From the NCBI GenBank assembly GCA_035515835.1, contig DATJAV010000142.1:1-36995 (forward strand): 36,995 bases of DNA, in the 5' to 3' direction. Positions within the stretch are counted from its first letter, which is position 1, and every line of letters starts with the position of its first letter. This DNA comes from Stellaceae bacterium. GTDB lineage: Bacteria; Pseudomonadota; Alphaproteobacteria; ATCC43930; CGMCC-115725. A program made the position numbers and the translations under genes. The notes under the pieces are model-generated. The model was not told the origin of the DNA, made no database searches, and saw only the letters and a list, made by a program, of their open reading frames with translations. Below, in pieces: positions 1 to 10,450 of this stretch.

Positions 1-1318
1 TGTCACTCACCGATATCAAGAGTTGACGCGCTTCGGTCGTCGTCGATGCGACGGTCAGCTCGCCGCCCGCCTCTTGCATCGCCTCGATGCCGTTGAGCAT
101 GAGATTCATTAAGACCTGCTGCAGCTGCACGCGATCCGCCATGGTCGTCGGCAGCGCCGGATCGAGCTTGGCGCAGATGGAAACACCCCTCCGATTCGCC
201 GTACCGTCGAGCAAGGCCGTCATCTCTCCAACTATTTCGTTGAGGTCTACCAATTCTCGCACCGGCGTGCCTCGCCGGTAGAGGGAGCTGACCCGGTCGA
301 CGATGCCGGCGGCACGCGTCACCGCCACGACCATCGCCGAGGCAGCCTTGGCTGCTTCCGTCACATCCGGCGCATCACGACGGAGCCATTGCATGCAGGC
401 GCTGGCATTGATGACGGCGGCGGCGATCGGCTGCTTGATTTCGTGAGCCAACGAGGCGGCCAACTCTCCCATCATGCCGACGCGATTCATATGGGCGAGA
501 TCCGCCTCCAGCTGGCGCAATCTTTCGCGCCCTTCGTCGGCGCGCTTGCGCTCCGTGACATCGGTCACCGCGCCGATGAAGGCGAAACTTTCCGGAACCT
601 CTCCGGCTGCGGGATGAGCCACAGCGCGAACGTATTTCACGGAACCGTCGGCCATCAGCAGACGATGCTCCGCGACAAACTCGGTCCTCTCGATCGAGGC
701 GCGGTCGACGATTTGCCGCAGACGCATCCGGTCGTCCGGATGCGTTCGCTCGATCGCCAGCTGAATGGTTGGCGTCGTCGTAAGCGCGCATTCGAAAATC
801 CGATAAGTCTCATCGGACCAGTAGATTTCCCCGCTCACGGGGTTCCAGCCGAAACTCCCGGTGCGGCTCAAGCGCTGCGCCTCAGCCAGATACATCTCGC
901 TCCGACGCAGGGCCTCTTCCGCCTTCTTGCGTTCGGCTCGCCCTCGAGCTTCGCGCATCGCGCGCCGCACGGAGGGACCGAGCCGCGACAGTCGCGACTT
1001 TACCACATAATCGGTGGCGCCGATCTTGACCGCCTCGATCGCCACTTCTTCGCCGAGCGTGCCGGAAACAAAGATGAAAGGCAGATCGGGGCGGGCATTG
1101 AGCGCAAGCTTCAACGCGGACAAGCCGTCGAAGGAAGGAAGCCTGTAATCCGCGAGAATGAGGTTGATTCCGGGGTTCTCGAGACCGGCGACGAACTCGT
1201 CGCGTGTTTGCACGCGGGTTAGATCGCAGACGAATTGATCGGCTTCCAAGAGCTCGCGGACGAGCTCAGCGTCGAGGGGGTTGTCCTCAAGCAACAAAAT
1301 CCGCAGCGACGACGTCAC
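1..1318 (-). CDS. Hybrid sensor histidine kinase (REC + PAS + HisKA + HATPase_c). Partial: the 3' end lies beyond the left window edge.
   Basis: It has no stop in the window, so it is absent from the ORF track. My reverse-complement translation from GTG (complement of 1316-1318) gives these segments. Receiver: VTSSLRILLLEDNPLDAELVRELL...LILADYRLPSFDGLSALK...FIFVSGTLGEE...DYVVKS. PAS: TGSFGWNPVSGEIYWSDETYRIFE...HPDDR...LMADGSVKYV. H-box: ELAASLAHEIKQPIAA. N-box: QLQQVLMNLMLNGIEAM. The frame is still open at base 1. The GTG overlaps the stop of the upstream receiver gene (GTGA). Confidence 0.85.
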   Translation of the reverse strand, partial: MTSSLRILLLEDNPLDAELVRELLEADQFVCDLTRVQTRDEFVAGLENPGINLILADYRLPSFDGLSALKLALNARPDLPFIFVSGTLGEEVAIEAVKIGATDYVVKSRLSRLGPSVRRAMREARGRAERKKAEEALRRSEMYLAEAQRLSRTGSFGWNPVSGEIYWSDETYRIFECALTTTPTIQLAIERTHPDDRMRLRQIVDRASIERTEFVAEHRLLMADGSVKYVRAVAHPAAGEVPESFAFIGAVTDVTERKRADEGRERLRQLEADLAHMNRVGMMGELAASLAHEIKQPIAAAVINASACMQWLRRDAPDVTEAAKAASAMVVAVTRAAGIVDRVSSLYRRGTPVRELVDLNEIVGEMTALLDGTANRRGVSICAKLDPALPTTMADRVQLQQVLMNLMLNGIEAMQEAGGELTVASTTTEARQLLISVSD

Positions 1319-1764
1319 CGCGTCACGCTGCCCGGCGGCGGCTCGTTGATCACCGCCCAGAAGACGCCGAGCTCCTTCACCGCATTGACGAACTCATGAA
1401 AATCGACGGGCTTTACGACATAGGCGTTCACACCGAGGCTGTAGCTTCTCATCATGTCTTTTTCCTCGTTGGACGACGTCAGCACCACCACCGGTATGGT
1501 CTTCAGGCGCTCGTCGGACTTGACTTGCTGCAGGACCTCCAATCCACCGACCTTGGGCAGTTTCAGATCGAGCAGCATCACGGCGGGATTGCCGGTGGAG
1601 CGCGCCTTGAACTCCCCCCGGCAGTAAAGATAGTCGAGAGCTTGTTGTCCGTCGCGGGCAATCACGACCTCATTTGCCAAGTTATAATCGTCGAGGGCCG
1701 TCAGGGTAAGTTCCACGTCGTTGGGATCGTCCTCGACGATCAAGATGCGTCCTAGCGTGGTCAT
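1315..1764 (-). CDS. Single-domain response regulator (CheY/Rcp1-like receiver, no output domain)
   Basis: The 149-aa ORF carries ILIVEDDPNDVEL, the phospho-acceptor context VMLLDLKLPKVGG, VVVLTSS and AYVVKP. Its ATG overlaps the stop of the upstream kinase (ATGA at 1761-1764). Confidence 0.9.
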   Translation of the reverse strand: MTTLGRILIVEDDPNDVELTLTALDDYNLANEVVIARDGQQALDYLYCRGEFKARSTGNPAVMLLDLKLPKVGGLEVLQQVKSDERLKTIPVVVLTSSNEEKDMMRSYSLGVNAYVVKPVDFHEFVNAVKELGVFWAVINEPPPGSVTR

Positions 1765-2966
1765 GGTGCGCTCGCCCTCCTTTCCGCGGCATCTGGTACT
1801 TTGGGTAGCGAGAAGTAGAAGGTCGCGCCTCGATCGACCGCTCCCTCGGCCCGGACCCTTCCTCCGTGGCGATGGACGATGCGCTCAACGGTGGCCAGTC
1901 CAATTCCGGTTCCCTCAAACTGCTCCGGCAGATGGAGACGTTGAAAGACGCCGAACAGCTTGTTCGCGTACTGCATGTCGAAGCCGGCGCCGTTGTCCCT
2001 TACAAACACCTCGACCAGGTTTTCTCCGTCCACGCTGCCGATCGCGATTTCGGCCGGCCTTCGCATGCGCGTAAATTTGACCGCATTGGAGACAAGGTTG
2101 ACAACGACCAGCCTCAGCAACGAGCGGTCTCCGTAGCAGACCGGAAGCGTACCGATCTTCCAGGCAATTTCCCGACCCTGCGTCTCCTGCTCGATCTCGG
2201 CGACGGCCTCACTGACGAGCTGCTGCAGGTTCACCGCCGTCTTTCTGGTCTCGGCCCGCCCGATCCTGGAAAACGCCAGCAGATCGTCGATCAGCTCGCC
2301 CATTTTTCTTGCCGACTCGCGAATCGTTCGTACGTACCGGTGACCCTTGTCATCGAGCGAAGAAGAAGCGTGCTTTTGCAGCAGCTCGGAAAACCCGACG
2401 ATATGACGAAGCGGCGCGCGCAAGTCGTGCGAGACGGAGTAGGCAAAGGATTCTAATTCTTTGTTACTTGCCTCGAGTTCTGTGGCCCGTCGGGCGAGCT
2501 CCTGATTGAGCTTGCGAATTTCGTCCTCTCGGTGCCTGCGCTGTTCCACCTCGACCTGAAGGTTGTCGCGGGCGTGACGAAGACCCTCCTCGATCCGGCG
2601 TCGAACCGCGCCGAACGAGGCGACAATTGCCGCCCATACGACGAAGATGAAAAAGTATGGTAGGTCGCGGGGAGAAACGGTGAGGGAATAGAAGGGCTCG
2701 GTAAAGAAGTAGTCGAAGGAGAGCGCGGCCAATAGAACGGCCAGCACGGAAGGGCCGACTCCCGCATACCATGTCGCGAGGGCGATCGCCACGGTGAGGA
2801 CCGGCAGTTCGACGTCGCGGACGTCGTAGTATCGCAAGGCGAACGCCAACCCGAGCGCGACCGCGACGGAAACGACGGAAAAGCCGTAGCGCAAAATCGC
2901 TGAGTGGCGGCCCCGCCACAGAATCGACGCAGCGTTCTCATGAAAGGCGTCGGCCGACAGCTCCAT
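1761..2966 (-). CDS. Membrane sensor histidine kinase (DUF4118-like transmembrane sensor + HisKA + HATPase_c)
   Basis: The hydrophobic N-terminus (SVVSVAVALGLAFAL...LAVLLAALSFDYFFTEPFYSL...FIFVVWAAIVASF) resembles the KdpD-type DUF4118 module. The H-box is FAYSVSHDLRAPLRH, the N-box is VNLVSNAVKFT and the G-boxes are RDNGAGFD and GTGIGLA. The track ORF begins at 3059, but the ATG at 2966 (MELSAD...) has a GAGGA about 8 nt upstream, so I prefer it. Confidence 0.85.
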   Translation of the reverse strand: MELSADAFHENAASILWRGRHSAILRYGFSVVSVAVALGLAFALRYYDVRDVELPVLTVAIALATWYAGVGPSVLAVLLAALSFDYFFTEPFYSLTVSPRDLPYFFIFVVWAAIVASFGAVRRRIEEGLRHARDNLQVEVEQRRHREDEIRKLNQELARRATELEASNKELESFAYSVSHDLRAPLRHIVGFSELLQKHASSSLDDKGHRYVRTIRESARKMGELIDDLLAFSRIGRAETRKTAVNLQQLVSEAVAEIEQETQGREIAWKIGTLPVCYGDRSLLRLVVVNLVSNAVKFTRMRRPAEIAIGSVDGENLVEVFVRDNGAGFDMQYANKLFGVFQRLHLPEQFEGTGIGLATVERIVHRHGGRVRAEGAVDRGATFYFSLPKVPDAAERRASAP

Positions 2967-3056
2967 CCGAGATCCTCGTTTCCGCAGCCGCATCCTTGCC
3001 GGCATCAAACCGCCGCCGCGACGACGAGCCCGGCAAAGTCGGCAGCGATGCCTGGC

Positions 3057-3100
3057 CACAAAGTTCGGTACGTGATTTCACAAAGTTCGGTGCGTGATTC
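3057..3100. promoter_or_regulatory. Tandem 22-bp direct repeat in the divergent intergenic region; candidate operator for a transcription factor
   Basis: cacaaagttcggtacgtgattt (3057-3078) is followed immediately by cacaaagttcggtgcgtgattc (3079-3100), matching at 20 of 22 positions. The repeat lies between the kinase operon start (2966, minus) and the ABC operon (3310, plus). Confidence 0.35.
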
Positions 3101-3309
3101 TATGGTACAGGATTGACGCTCCGCAAGAAATCAGCCTCGCTTGACACTACAAAGCACGCACCGATAGAGTCGAAAAGCAGCAAGAAACAAGGGCGTTGCA
3201 GCTTGTCGCAAAAGCCCATCGGGAGGAGGAAAAGCGTGCGCAACGACGCCGCGTTCCGGTCCATTGGAGTAAGAGAAGCCGCCACGTTGCGCGCGGGCGG
3301 CGGGCGCTG

Positions 3310-4323
3310 ATGGCGACCGAGACGCGCTCGCTGCCGACGGCGGGATCGCGCCTGCGGCGGTTGGCGTGGAAGCCCAGCCAGGAGCAGATCATCCTGCTGG
3401 TGACGTTGGGGCTGCTCGTCGTCTTCAGCGTCGTCCTGCCCGGCTTTGCCACTGCCGCCAATCTGCTGAACCTAGTGCGGAGCGTGTCGATCCTCGGCAT
3501 TTTGGGGCTCGGCATGGGCCTTATCGTCATCAGCCGCGGCATCGATCTCTCCGAAGTCGCGATCATGGGCGGCTCCTGGATTGTCACGCTGATGGAGCTC
3601 AATGCCGGCATGTCGATGCCGGCGGCGCTGCTGCTGGGCCTCGCCGTCGCGCTGACCGCCGGCCTCGCCAACGGCCTCCTCGTCGCCTTCGTCGAGGCGC
3701 CGGCGCTTTTCGTAACGCTCGCCACCACGTTCGTCGTCTTCGGGCTTTCGCTCTGGTACGTGGGCGTGCTCATCGCCTATGTGCCGCCCGACGCGCAGGG
3801 CCTCCTCTTTCTCGGCGGCGGACGGCTCCTCGGCATTCCGGTGCCGATCCTGGTCTTCGTCGCGGCGGCGATCCTGGTGCATCTCTTCTTGAGCCGCACC
3901 TCGCTCGGGCGCTTCATCTATGCGCAGGGCGACAATCCCGAGGCGGCGCGCCTCACCGGCATCGCCGTGCGCCCGCTCATCGTGCTCGAATATCTGATCG
4001 TCGCGACACTTGCCTGGCTCGCGGGGCTGGTGTGGATCGGTTCCACCGGCAGCATGTCGATGGTGGTGTCGCAGAGCACGCAGATCTTCGACGTGATCCT
4101 CGTCGTCGTGCTGGGCGGCATCAGCCTGGTGGGCGGGCGGGGCAGCGTCTTCAGCGTCGTCGTCGGCTGCGCCCTCATCGGCACCCTGGTGAACGGCTTC
4201 ACCATCATGGACGTCAACACCGAGGTGCAGAACATCATCCGCGGCGTCGTGCTGCTCTTTGCCATACTTCTCGACAACCGGCTCCATCCGCGCGACGAAG
4301 AAACGGCGCGCCAAGGCGATTGA
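3310..4323 (+). CDS. Sugar ABC transporter permease (CUT2 / RbsC-AraH type, BPD_transp_2-like)
   Basis: The protein is polytopic and hydrophobic, with motifs typical of ribose-type permeases (GIDLSEVAIMG, RFIYAQGDNPEAARLTGI, VVLGGISLVGGRGSV). The first 38 codons of the track ORF (3196-3309) are Arg/Lys-rich and non-hydrophobic, so I chose the ATG at 3310 (MATETR...). Confidence 0.85.
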   Translation: MATETRSLPTAGSRLRRLAWKPSQEQIILLVTLGLLVVFSVVLPGFATAANLLNLVRSVSILGILGLGMGLIVISRGIDLSEVAIMGGSWIVTLMELNAGMSMPAALLLGLAVALTAGLANGLLVAFVEAPALFVTLATTFVVFGLSLWYVGVLIAYVPPDAQGLLFLGGGRLLGIPVPILVFVAAAILVHLFLSRTSLGRFIYAQGDNPEAARLTGIAVRPLIVLEYLIVATLAWLAGLVWIGSTGSMSMVVSQSTQIFDVILVVVLGGISLVGGRGSVFSVVVGCALIGTLVNGFTIMDVNTEVQNIIRGVVLLFAILLDNRLHPRDEETARQGD

Positions 4324-4357
4324 CGGGCGGACAACACCAGGAGGAGGGAGGACGGAG

Positions 4358-5380
4358 ATGAGACAAGGGCGGCTATTCCAGGGACTATTGGCGATCGCGG
4401 CGGTTAGCCTCGTGGCAGCACCGGCGCTGGCGCAGGACGAGGGCACCAAGACGGCACGCGAGCTCCGCTCCGAGTTCGACAAGACGGTGAAGGGCAAGAC
4501 CATCGCCTATCTGCCGATCGCGCTCGGCGTGCCGCTCTCGGACGAGTGGGGTTATGTGATGAAAGAGGCGGCCGAGGCCTATGGCATGAAGTTCGTCGTC
4601 CGCGATCCCAACAACAATCCCTCGGCGATGCAGCAGGCGCTGACGGCGCTGGTCGACGAGAAGCCGGACGTATTGGTGGTGCAGAACCCGAGCGTGACGC
4701 TGCTGATGCGCGAGCTGAAGCGGGCCGAGGAAGCCGGCATCCATGTCGTGCAGATGAACATGTCGTCCAACTACAAATCGGACGTCTTCGTCGGCGCCGA
4801 TTGGTTCGAGGTCGGCCGCACGCTGGCCGAAGACGTGGTGAAGGAGTGCGGCGCCAACACGCAGACCTCGCACGAGGTGCAGATCGTCCAGGGCGAGCTC
4901 ACCGCCGCGGCGAGCGTCGATCAGATCGCCGGCATCATGGAGGTCTTCAACAAGGACAAGTCGATCAAGGTCGTCTCAAACCAAGCGGCCAACTGGGACG
5001 CCAACACCGCGCTCAACATCACCGCCACCGTGCTGCAGCAGAACCCCAACCTCTGCGCCAGCGTGGGCTTCTGGGGCATCATGGAATCGGGCGCGGCGCA
5101 GGCGATCCGCAACGCCGGCAAGATCGACAAGGTCAAGGTCTATGCCTCGGGCGAAGGCTCGCAGCTCGATTGCGACCAGCTTAACCAGGGGAATTTCTAC
5201 AAATTCCTGAGCTACACCGCGGCAAAGCAAGGGACCGACGCGGTGGACGCCGCGGTGATGGTGCTGGAAGGCGGCGACAAGGCCGGCGCCAAGCACCGCG
5301 AGATCTATACGCCCTTGGTCTGGCTCGACAAGGAGAGCGCCACCGGACCCAACTGCTTCCCGTTGCACAAGGTCCAATAA
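4358..5380 (+). CDS. Periplasmic sugar-binding protein of the ABC transporter (type I periplasmic binding fold)
   Basis: The ATG at 4358 is preceded by ggaggagggaggacggag. The signal peptide is MRQGRLFQGLLAIAAVSLVAAPALA/QDEG. The body has the alternating beta-alpha pattern of RbsB-like binding proteins (KTIAYLPIALGVP..., PDVLVVQNPS, VVSNQAANWD). Confidence 0.85.
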   Translation: MRQGRLFQGLLAIAAVSLVAAPALAQDEGTKTARELRSEFDKTVKGKTIAYLPIALGVPLSDEWGYVMKEAAEAYGMKFVVRDPNNNPSAMQQALTALVDEKPDVLVVQNPSVTLLMRELKRAEEAGIHVVQMNMSSNYKSDVFVGADWFEVGRTLAEDVVKECGANTQTSHEVQIVQGELTAAASVDQIAGIMEVFNKDKSIKVVSNQAANWDANTALNITATVLQQNPNLCASVGFWGIMESGAAQAIRNAGKIDKVKVYASGEGSQLDCDQLNQGNFYKFLSYTAAKQGTDAVDAAVMVLEGGDKAGAKHREIYTPLVWLDKESATGPNCFPLHKVQ

Positions 5381-5485
5381 CGGCGGCGTTCTAACGAGTT
5401 TCGACCGGATGGATTCATCCCGCCGCCGTTCCCGCGAGATCGGGGACCCAGGGTTGCAGCGCTTCGTCGCTTGCCCCGGGTCCCC
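5379..5485 (+). promoter_or_regulatory. Two GC-rich stem-loops in the 173-nt gap after the binding-protein gene; candidate intercistronic attenuator or mRNA stabiliser
   Basis: The first stem pairs aacggcggcg (5379-5388) with cgccgccgtt (5421-5430). The second pairs ggggaccc (5442-5449) with gggtcccc (5478-5485). Neither stem is followed by a U-tract. Confidence 0.3.
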
Positions 5486-5553
5486 GCATTCTCGGGGACG
5501 GTGGCGCGGGTTGGTCCGCCGGCGCTAAATCCGCACCACCTCCGAGAAGCGCC

Positions 5554-7707
5554 ATGTCCATCACCACTTGGGAGCAACTGAGCCGGTCGGTCACGCGACT
5601 GCGTTATCGCTGGTCGCTTCGGCTCTTTCTCTCGGAGCTGCTGCAGAAGCAGTGGTTCGAGCCCGCCATCCCCTTCGCGCTGATGGTCGCGCTCTTTCTT
5701 TATTTCTCGCTCACCATCCCCAACTACGCGAGCGTCGCCAACGCGCAATCGCTGGCCCGCCTCTTCGCCGAGTTCGGCTTCGTGGCGCTCGGCATGGCGC
5801 TGGCCTTGATCTCGGGCGGCGTCGATCTCAGCGTCGGCGCCATCTTCGCGCTGACCAACTTTGCCGCCCTCGCCTTCGTCAACATCTTCGAGCTGCCGGT
5901 GCCGCTGGCGGTCATCGCCACGCTGGCCACGGGCGCTGCGGTAGGCGCGGTCAACGGCGTGCTGGTGGGGTACCTGAAAGCGCGGCCCTTCCTCACGACG
6001 CTGGTGACGCTCATCATCCTCCGCGCCACGGTCAATATCCTGAACCAGGGCTATGCGACGGTCTTCGCCACTGCCGCCGTCGACAGCGACGCCTGGGATT
6101 TCCTCGGCGACGGCTCGGTGCTGGGCATTCCGGTGAACGCGGCGGCGCTCGTCGTCGTGCTGCTGGCGGGCCACATGCTCTTGAGCCGGTCGCGCTATGG
6201 CTGGCACATCATCGCCAGCGGCGCGTCCCGCACGGCGGCGCGCCACGCCGGCATCCGCGTCTCGCTGATGCTGTTTGCGACCTACGCGATCTCCGGCCTC
6301 CTCTGCGCCGCGGGCGGGCTTTTCTATGCCGCACGCCAGGGCAGCAGCGACAGCACCACCGGCGTCGGCCAGGAGTTCGCGGCGCTCACCGCGGTCGTGC
6401 TGGGCGGCGTGTCGCTGGGGGGCGGTAGGGGCACGGTCGGGCGCGCGATGATCGGCGCCGTCATCATCTTCCTGCTGTCGAACGGCTTCGTCCGCATGGG
6501 CGTGCCGGGCTATGTCAGCTCGGCGGCGGTTGGGTTGATCCTGTTGGCGGCGGTCGGCATCGACGTCAAATGGGCGAAGAACCGCGGCAAGGCGATCCAG
6601 AAGATCTATGTCAATCCGGCGCTGGTCGAGATCACGCCGGCACCCTCGATCGAGGCCGGCAGCGGCACGCCCTTTGCCGAGAACGACCGGCTGCTGGGGG
6701 TCGAGGCGATCGGCCTCGACCAGGTCGAGGGGCCGGAGGACGTCATCCTCGACCGCCAGGATCGGCTTTACGGCAGCACGCGCGACGGCAACATCGTTCG
6801 CTTCTCGGGCCCGAATTTCGCGCAGCGCGAGGTCTTCGCGCATATCGGCGGCCGGCCTTACGGCATGCAGTTCGACAAGGACGAGAACCTCATCGCCTGC
6901 ATCGGCGGCATGGGCGTCTATGGCGTGAAGCCCAGCGGCGAGGTCTTCAAAGTCACCGACGAGACCAACCGCAGCTGGACCAAGCTCAACGACGACAGCC
7001 GCGTGCGCATGGCCGACGATCTCGACATCGCGCCGGACGGCAAGATCTATTTCAGCGACTGCACCACGCGCTACGAGGCGACGACCTATGCGCTCGACGT
7101 GATGGAAGGGCGCCCCAATGGCCGCGTCCTCTGCCACGATCCGGCAACGGGGAAGACGCGGCCCGTCATCAAGCAGTTCCATTTCCCGAACGGCGTCTGC
7201 GTCGCTCATGACGGGCGGTCCGTGTTCATCGCAAGCACGACCTTATGCAAGATCTTCCGCCATTGGATCGCGGGACCCGAGGCCGGCAAGACCGAGATCT
7301 TCATCGACACGCTGCCGGGCAATCCCGACAACATCAACCGCGCGTCGGACGGCAATTACTGGCTGGCGCTGGTGGGTATCCGCACCCCGGTCTTCGACCT
7401 GGCGGCGCGCAAGCCCGGCTTTCGCCTCCGCATGGTGAAGCAGATCCCGGGCGATGAATGGCTCTCGGCCGGGCTCAATCACGGCTGCGTCCTGAAATTC
7501 AACGAGGCCGGCGAGGTGCTGGAATCGATGTGGGACCCGACCGGCCTCTCGCATCCCACCATCACCTCGATGCGCGAGCACAAGGGCTGGCTCTATCTGG
7601 GCGGACTCGAGAACAACCGCATCGGCCGCATCAGGCTGAAGGACGCCGACCCGACTTGGACCGGCTTCGAGGCCTATTGGGGCGCCAGGCGCCGCGATCG
7701 GAGATAA
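5554..7707 (+). CDS. Fusion protein: CUT2-type ABC permease (aa 1 to about 345) + strictosidine-synthase-like / SMP-30-type six-bladed beta-propeller (aa about 385-705)
   Basis: This is one uninterrupted 717-aa ORF. The N-terminal half carries permease motifs (GGVDLSVGAIFAL, RYGWHIIASGASRTAARHAGI, VVLGGVSLGGGRGTV). The C-terminal half carries strictosidine-synthase-family hallmarks (GRPNGRVLCHDPATGKTRPVIKQFHFPNGVCVAHDGRSVFIASTTLCKIFRHWIAGPEAGKTEIFIDTLPGNPDNINRASDGNYWLAL). Confidence 0.85.
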   Translation: MSITTWEQLSRSVTRLRYRWSLRLFLSELLQKQWFEPAIPFALMVALFLYFSLTIPNYASVANAQSLARLFAEFGFVALGMALALISGGVDLSVGAIFALTNFAALAFVNIFELPVPLAVIATLATGAAVGAVNGVLVGYLKARPFLTTLVTLIILRATVNILNQGYATVFATAAVDSDAWDFLGDGSVLGIPVNAAALVVVLLAGHMLLSRSRYGWHIIASGASRTAARHAGIRVSLMLFATYAISGLLCAAGGLFYAARQGSSDSTTGVGQEFAALTAVVLGGVSLGGGRGTVGRAMIGAVIIFLLSNGFVRMGVPGYVSSAAVGLILLAAVGIDVKWAKNRGKAIQKIYVNPALVEITPAPSIEAGSGTPFAENDRLLGVEAIGLDQVEGPEDVILDRQDRLYGSTRDGNIVRFSGPNFAQREVFAHIGGRPYGMQFDKDENLIACIGGMGVYGVKPSGEVFKVTDETNRSWTKLNDDSRVRMADDLDIAPDGKIYFSDCTTRYEATTYALDVMEGRPNGRVLCHDPATGKTRPVIKQFHFPNGVCVAHDGRSVFIASTTLCKIFRHWIAGPEAGKTEIFIDTLPGNPDNINRASDGNYWLALVGIRTPVFDLAARKPGFRLRMVKQIPGDEWLSAGLNHGCVLKFNEAGEVLESMWDPTGLSHPTITSMREHKGWLYLGGLENNRIGRIRLKDADPTWTGFEAYWGARRRDRR

Positions 7708-7711
7708 CGCC

Positions 7712-8826
7712 ATGGCGCTTTTCACCGAGATCTCGCGCAACCTGCGGCAGATCGTCTTCCGCAACGCCGAGCAGCACGCCATTCCTTCAATGGACGGCGC
7801 GCTCAGCCCCAATGATCGGCTCGATGCCTGCCGCCCGATCGGCGAGCCTATCCCCGACGTCGACGACGTCGCCGAAGGCAGCGACGGCGCGCTTTATGTC
7901 TCGGCCGGCAATCGCGTGCTGCGGCTCGCCGGCGAGGGCTATGGCGAGCGCCGCGTCTTCACCACGCTCGACGGCAAGGCGGGCGGCCTCGCTTTTCACC
8001 CCGACGGGCGGCTTCTCATCTGCGTCGGCGGCCGCGGCCTCTTGGCGCGCGACGCGGCGGGACATGAGCGCTGGCTCAACACCGTCGAGGATCGGCCCCT
8101 CCTCTGTCCCACCAGCGTGGTCGCGACCAAGGACGGCACCATCTTCCTCAGCAACGGCAGCGAGCGTCACGCGCCCGAGGATTGGTGCCACGACCTCATG
8201 GAGAAGAATCATAGCGGGCGCCTCATCGCTTGCGGTCCGGGGCTCGACGGCGCTCGAGTGCTCCGGCGCGATCTCCATTACCCCAACGGGCTTGCGCTAT
8301 CGAGCGACGGACGGAGCCTTTGGCTCAGCGAGAGCTGGAACCACCGCATCAGCCGCGCCGCCATCGCCGGCGCGGGGACCGGCGCATGGGAGACGGCGAT
8401 CCGCAACCTGCCGGGCTATCCGGCGCGGCTCGCTACCGCGGCCACCGGCGGCTTCTGGCTCAGCCTCTTCGCCCTCCGCACGCACCTCGTCGAATTCGTG
8501 CTGCGCGAGGACGATTACCGACGCGACATGATGCGCACCATCGCGCCGGCGTTCTGGATCCGCCCGGCACTCGCCGCCACCAATCACTGCCTGGAGCCGA
8601 TGCAGGCCGGCGGCGTGAAGGCGCTCGGCATTCATAAGCCCTGGGCACCGCCCCGCGCCTATGGCTTGGTTGTGCGGCTCGATGCCGCAGGCGACGCCAT
8701 CGAGAGCCTGCACAGCCGCGTCGGCGGTCATTTTCACGGCGTGACCGCCGCGCGCGAGACGGCGCAAGGGCTGGTGGTGGTCGCGAAAGGCAGCGCCCGC
8801 CTGCTGCTGGCGCCGGGAGACGTGAG

Positions 8827-8830
<4 letters not shown>
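7712..8830 (+). CDS. Strictosidine-synthase-like / SMP-30-gluconolactonase-type beta-propeller protein, no signal peptide
   Basis: The 372-aa ORF starts 4 nt after the fusion gene. Its propeller motifs parallel the fused domain (ALYVSAGNRVLRL, GLAFHPDGRLLICV, DGTIFLSNGS, DLHYPNGLALSSDGRSLWLSESWNHRISRAAI, NLPGYPARLATAATGGFWLSL). Its stop overlaps the ATPase start (ATGA at 8827-8830). Confidence 0.8.
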
Positions 8831-10338
<1,508 letters not shown>

Positions 10339-10395
10339 TCCCCGCCGAGCGCGAAAGGAGAAAGGAGCTTGGGCGCTTCGCGTCCACAGAACTCC

Positions 10396-10427
10396 GTGAC
10401 CGCCGTGCCTCCGTGGCGACCTTTTTT
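10396..10427 (+). terminator. Weak candidate intrinsic terminator after the ABC operon
   Basis: A short imperfect stem (10401-10406 with 10413-10418, including G-U pairs) is followed by tttttt at 10422-10427. The stem is weak. Confidence 0.25.
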
Positions 10428-10450
10428 AATTTTATGAGTAAAACGACCGC

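Noticed and set aside
3196-3309. N-terminal 38-codon extension of the first permease ORF, and the overlapping ORFs 3366-4361 (+) and 3472-4503 (-)
   Set aside because: The extension is highly basic and non-hydrophobic, unlike permease N-termini. The other two ORFs are alternative-frame or antisense shadows of the permease gene.
5305-7209. 634-aa ORF on the minus strand
   Set aside because: It is antisense to the permease-propeller fusion gene, which has clear family motifs. The translation is Arg/Ala/Gly/Asp-rich and low in complexity, with no recognisable domain. This is a typical shadow ORF of GC-rich DNA.
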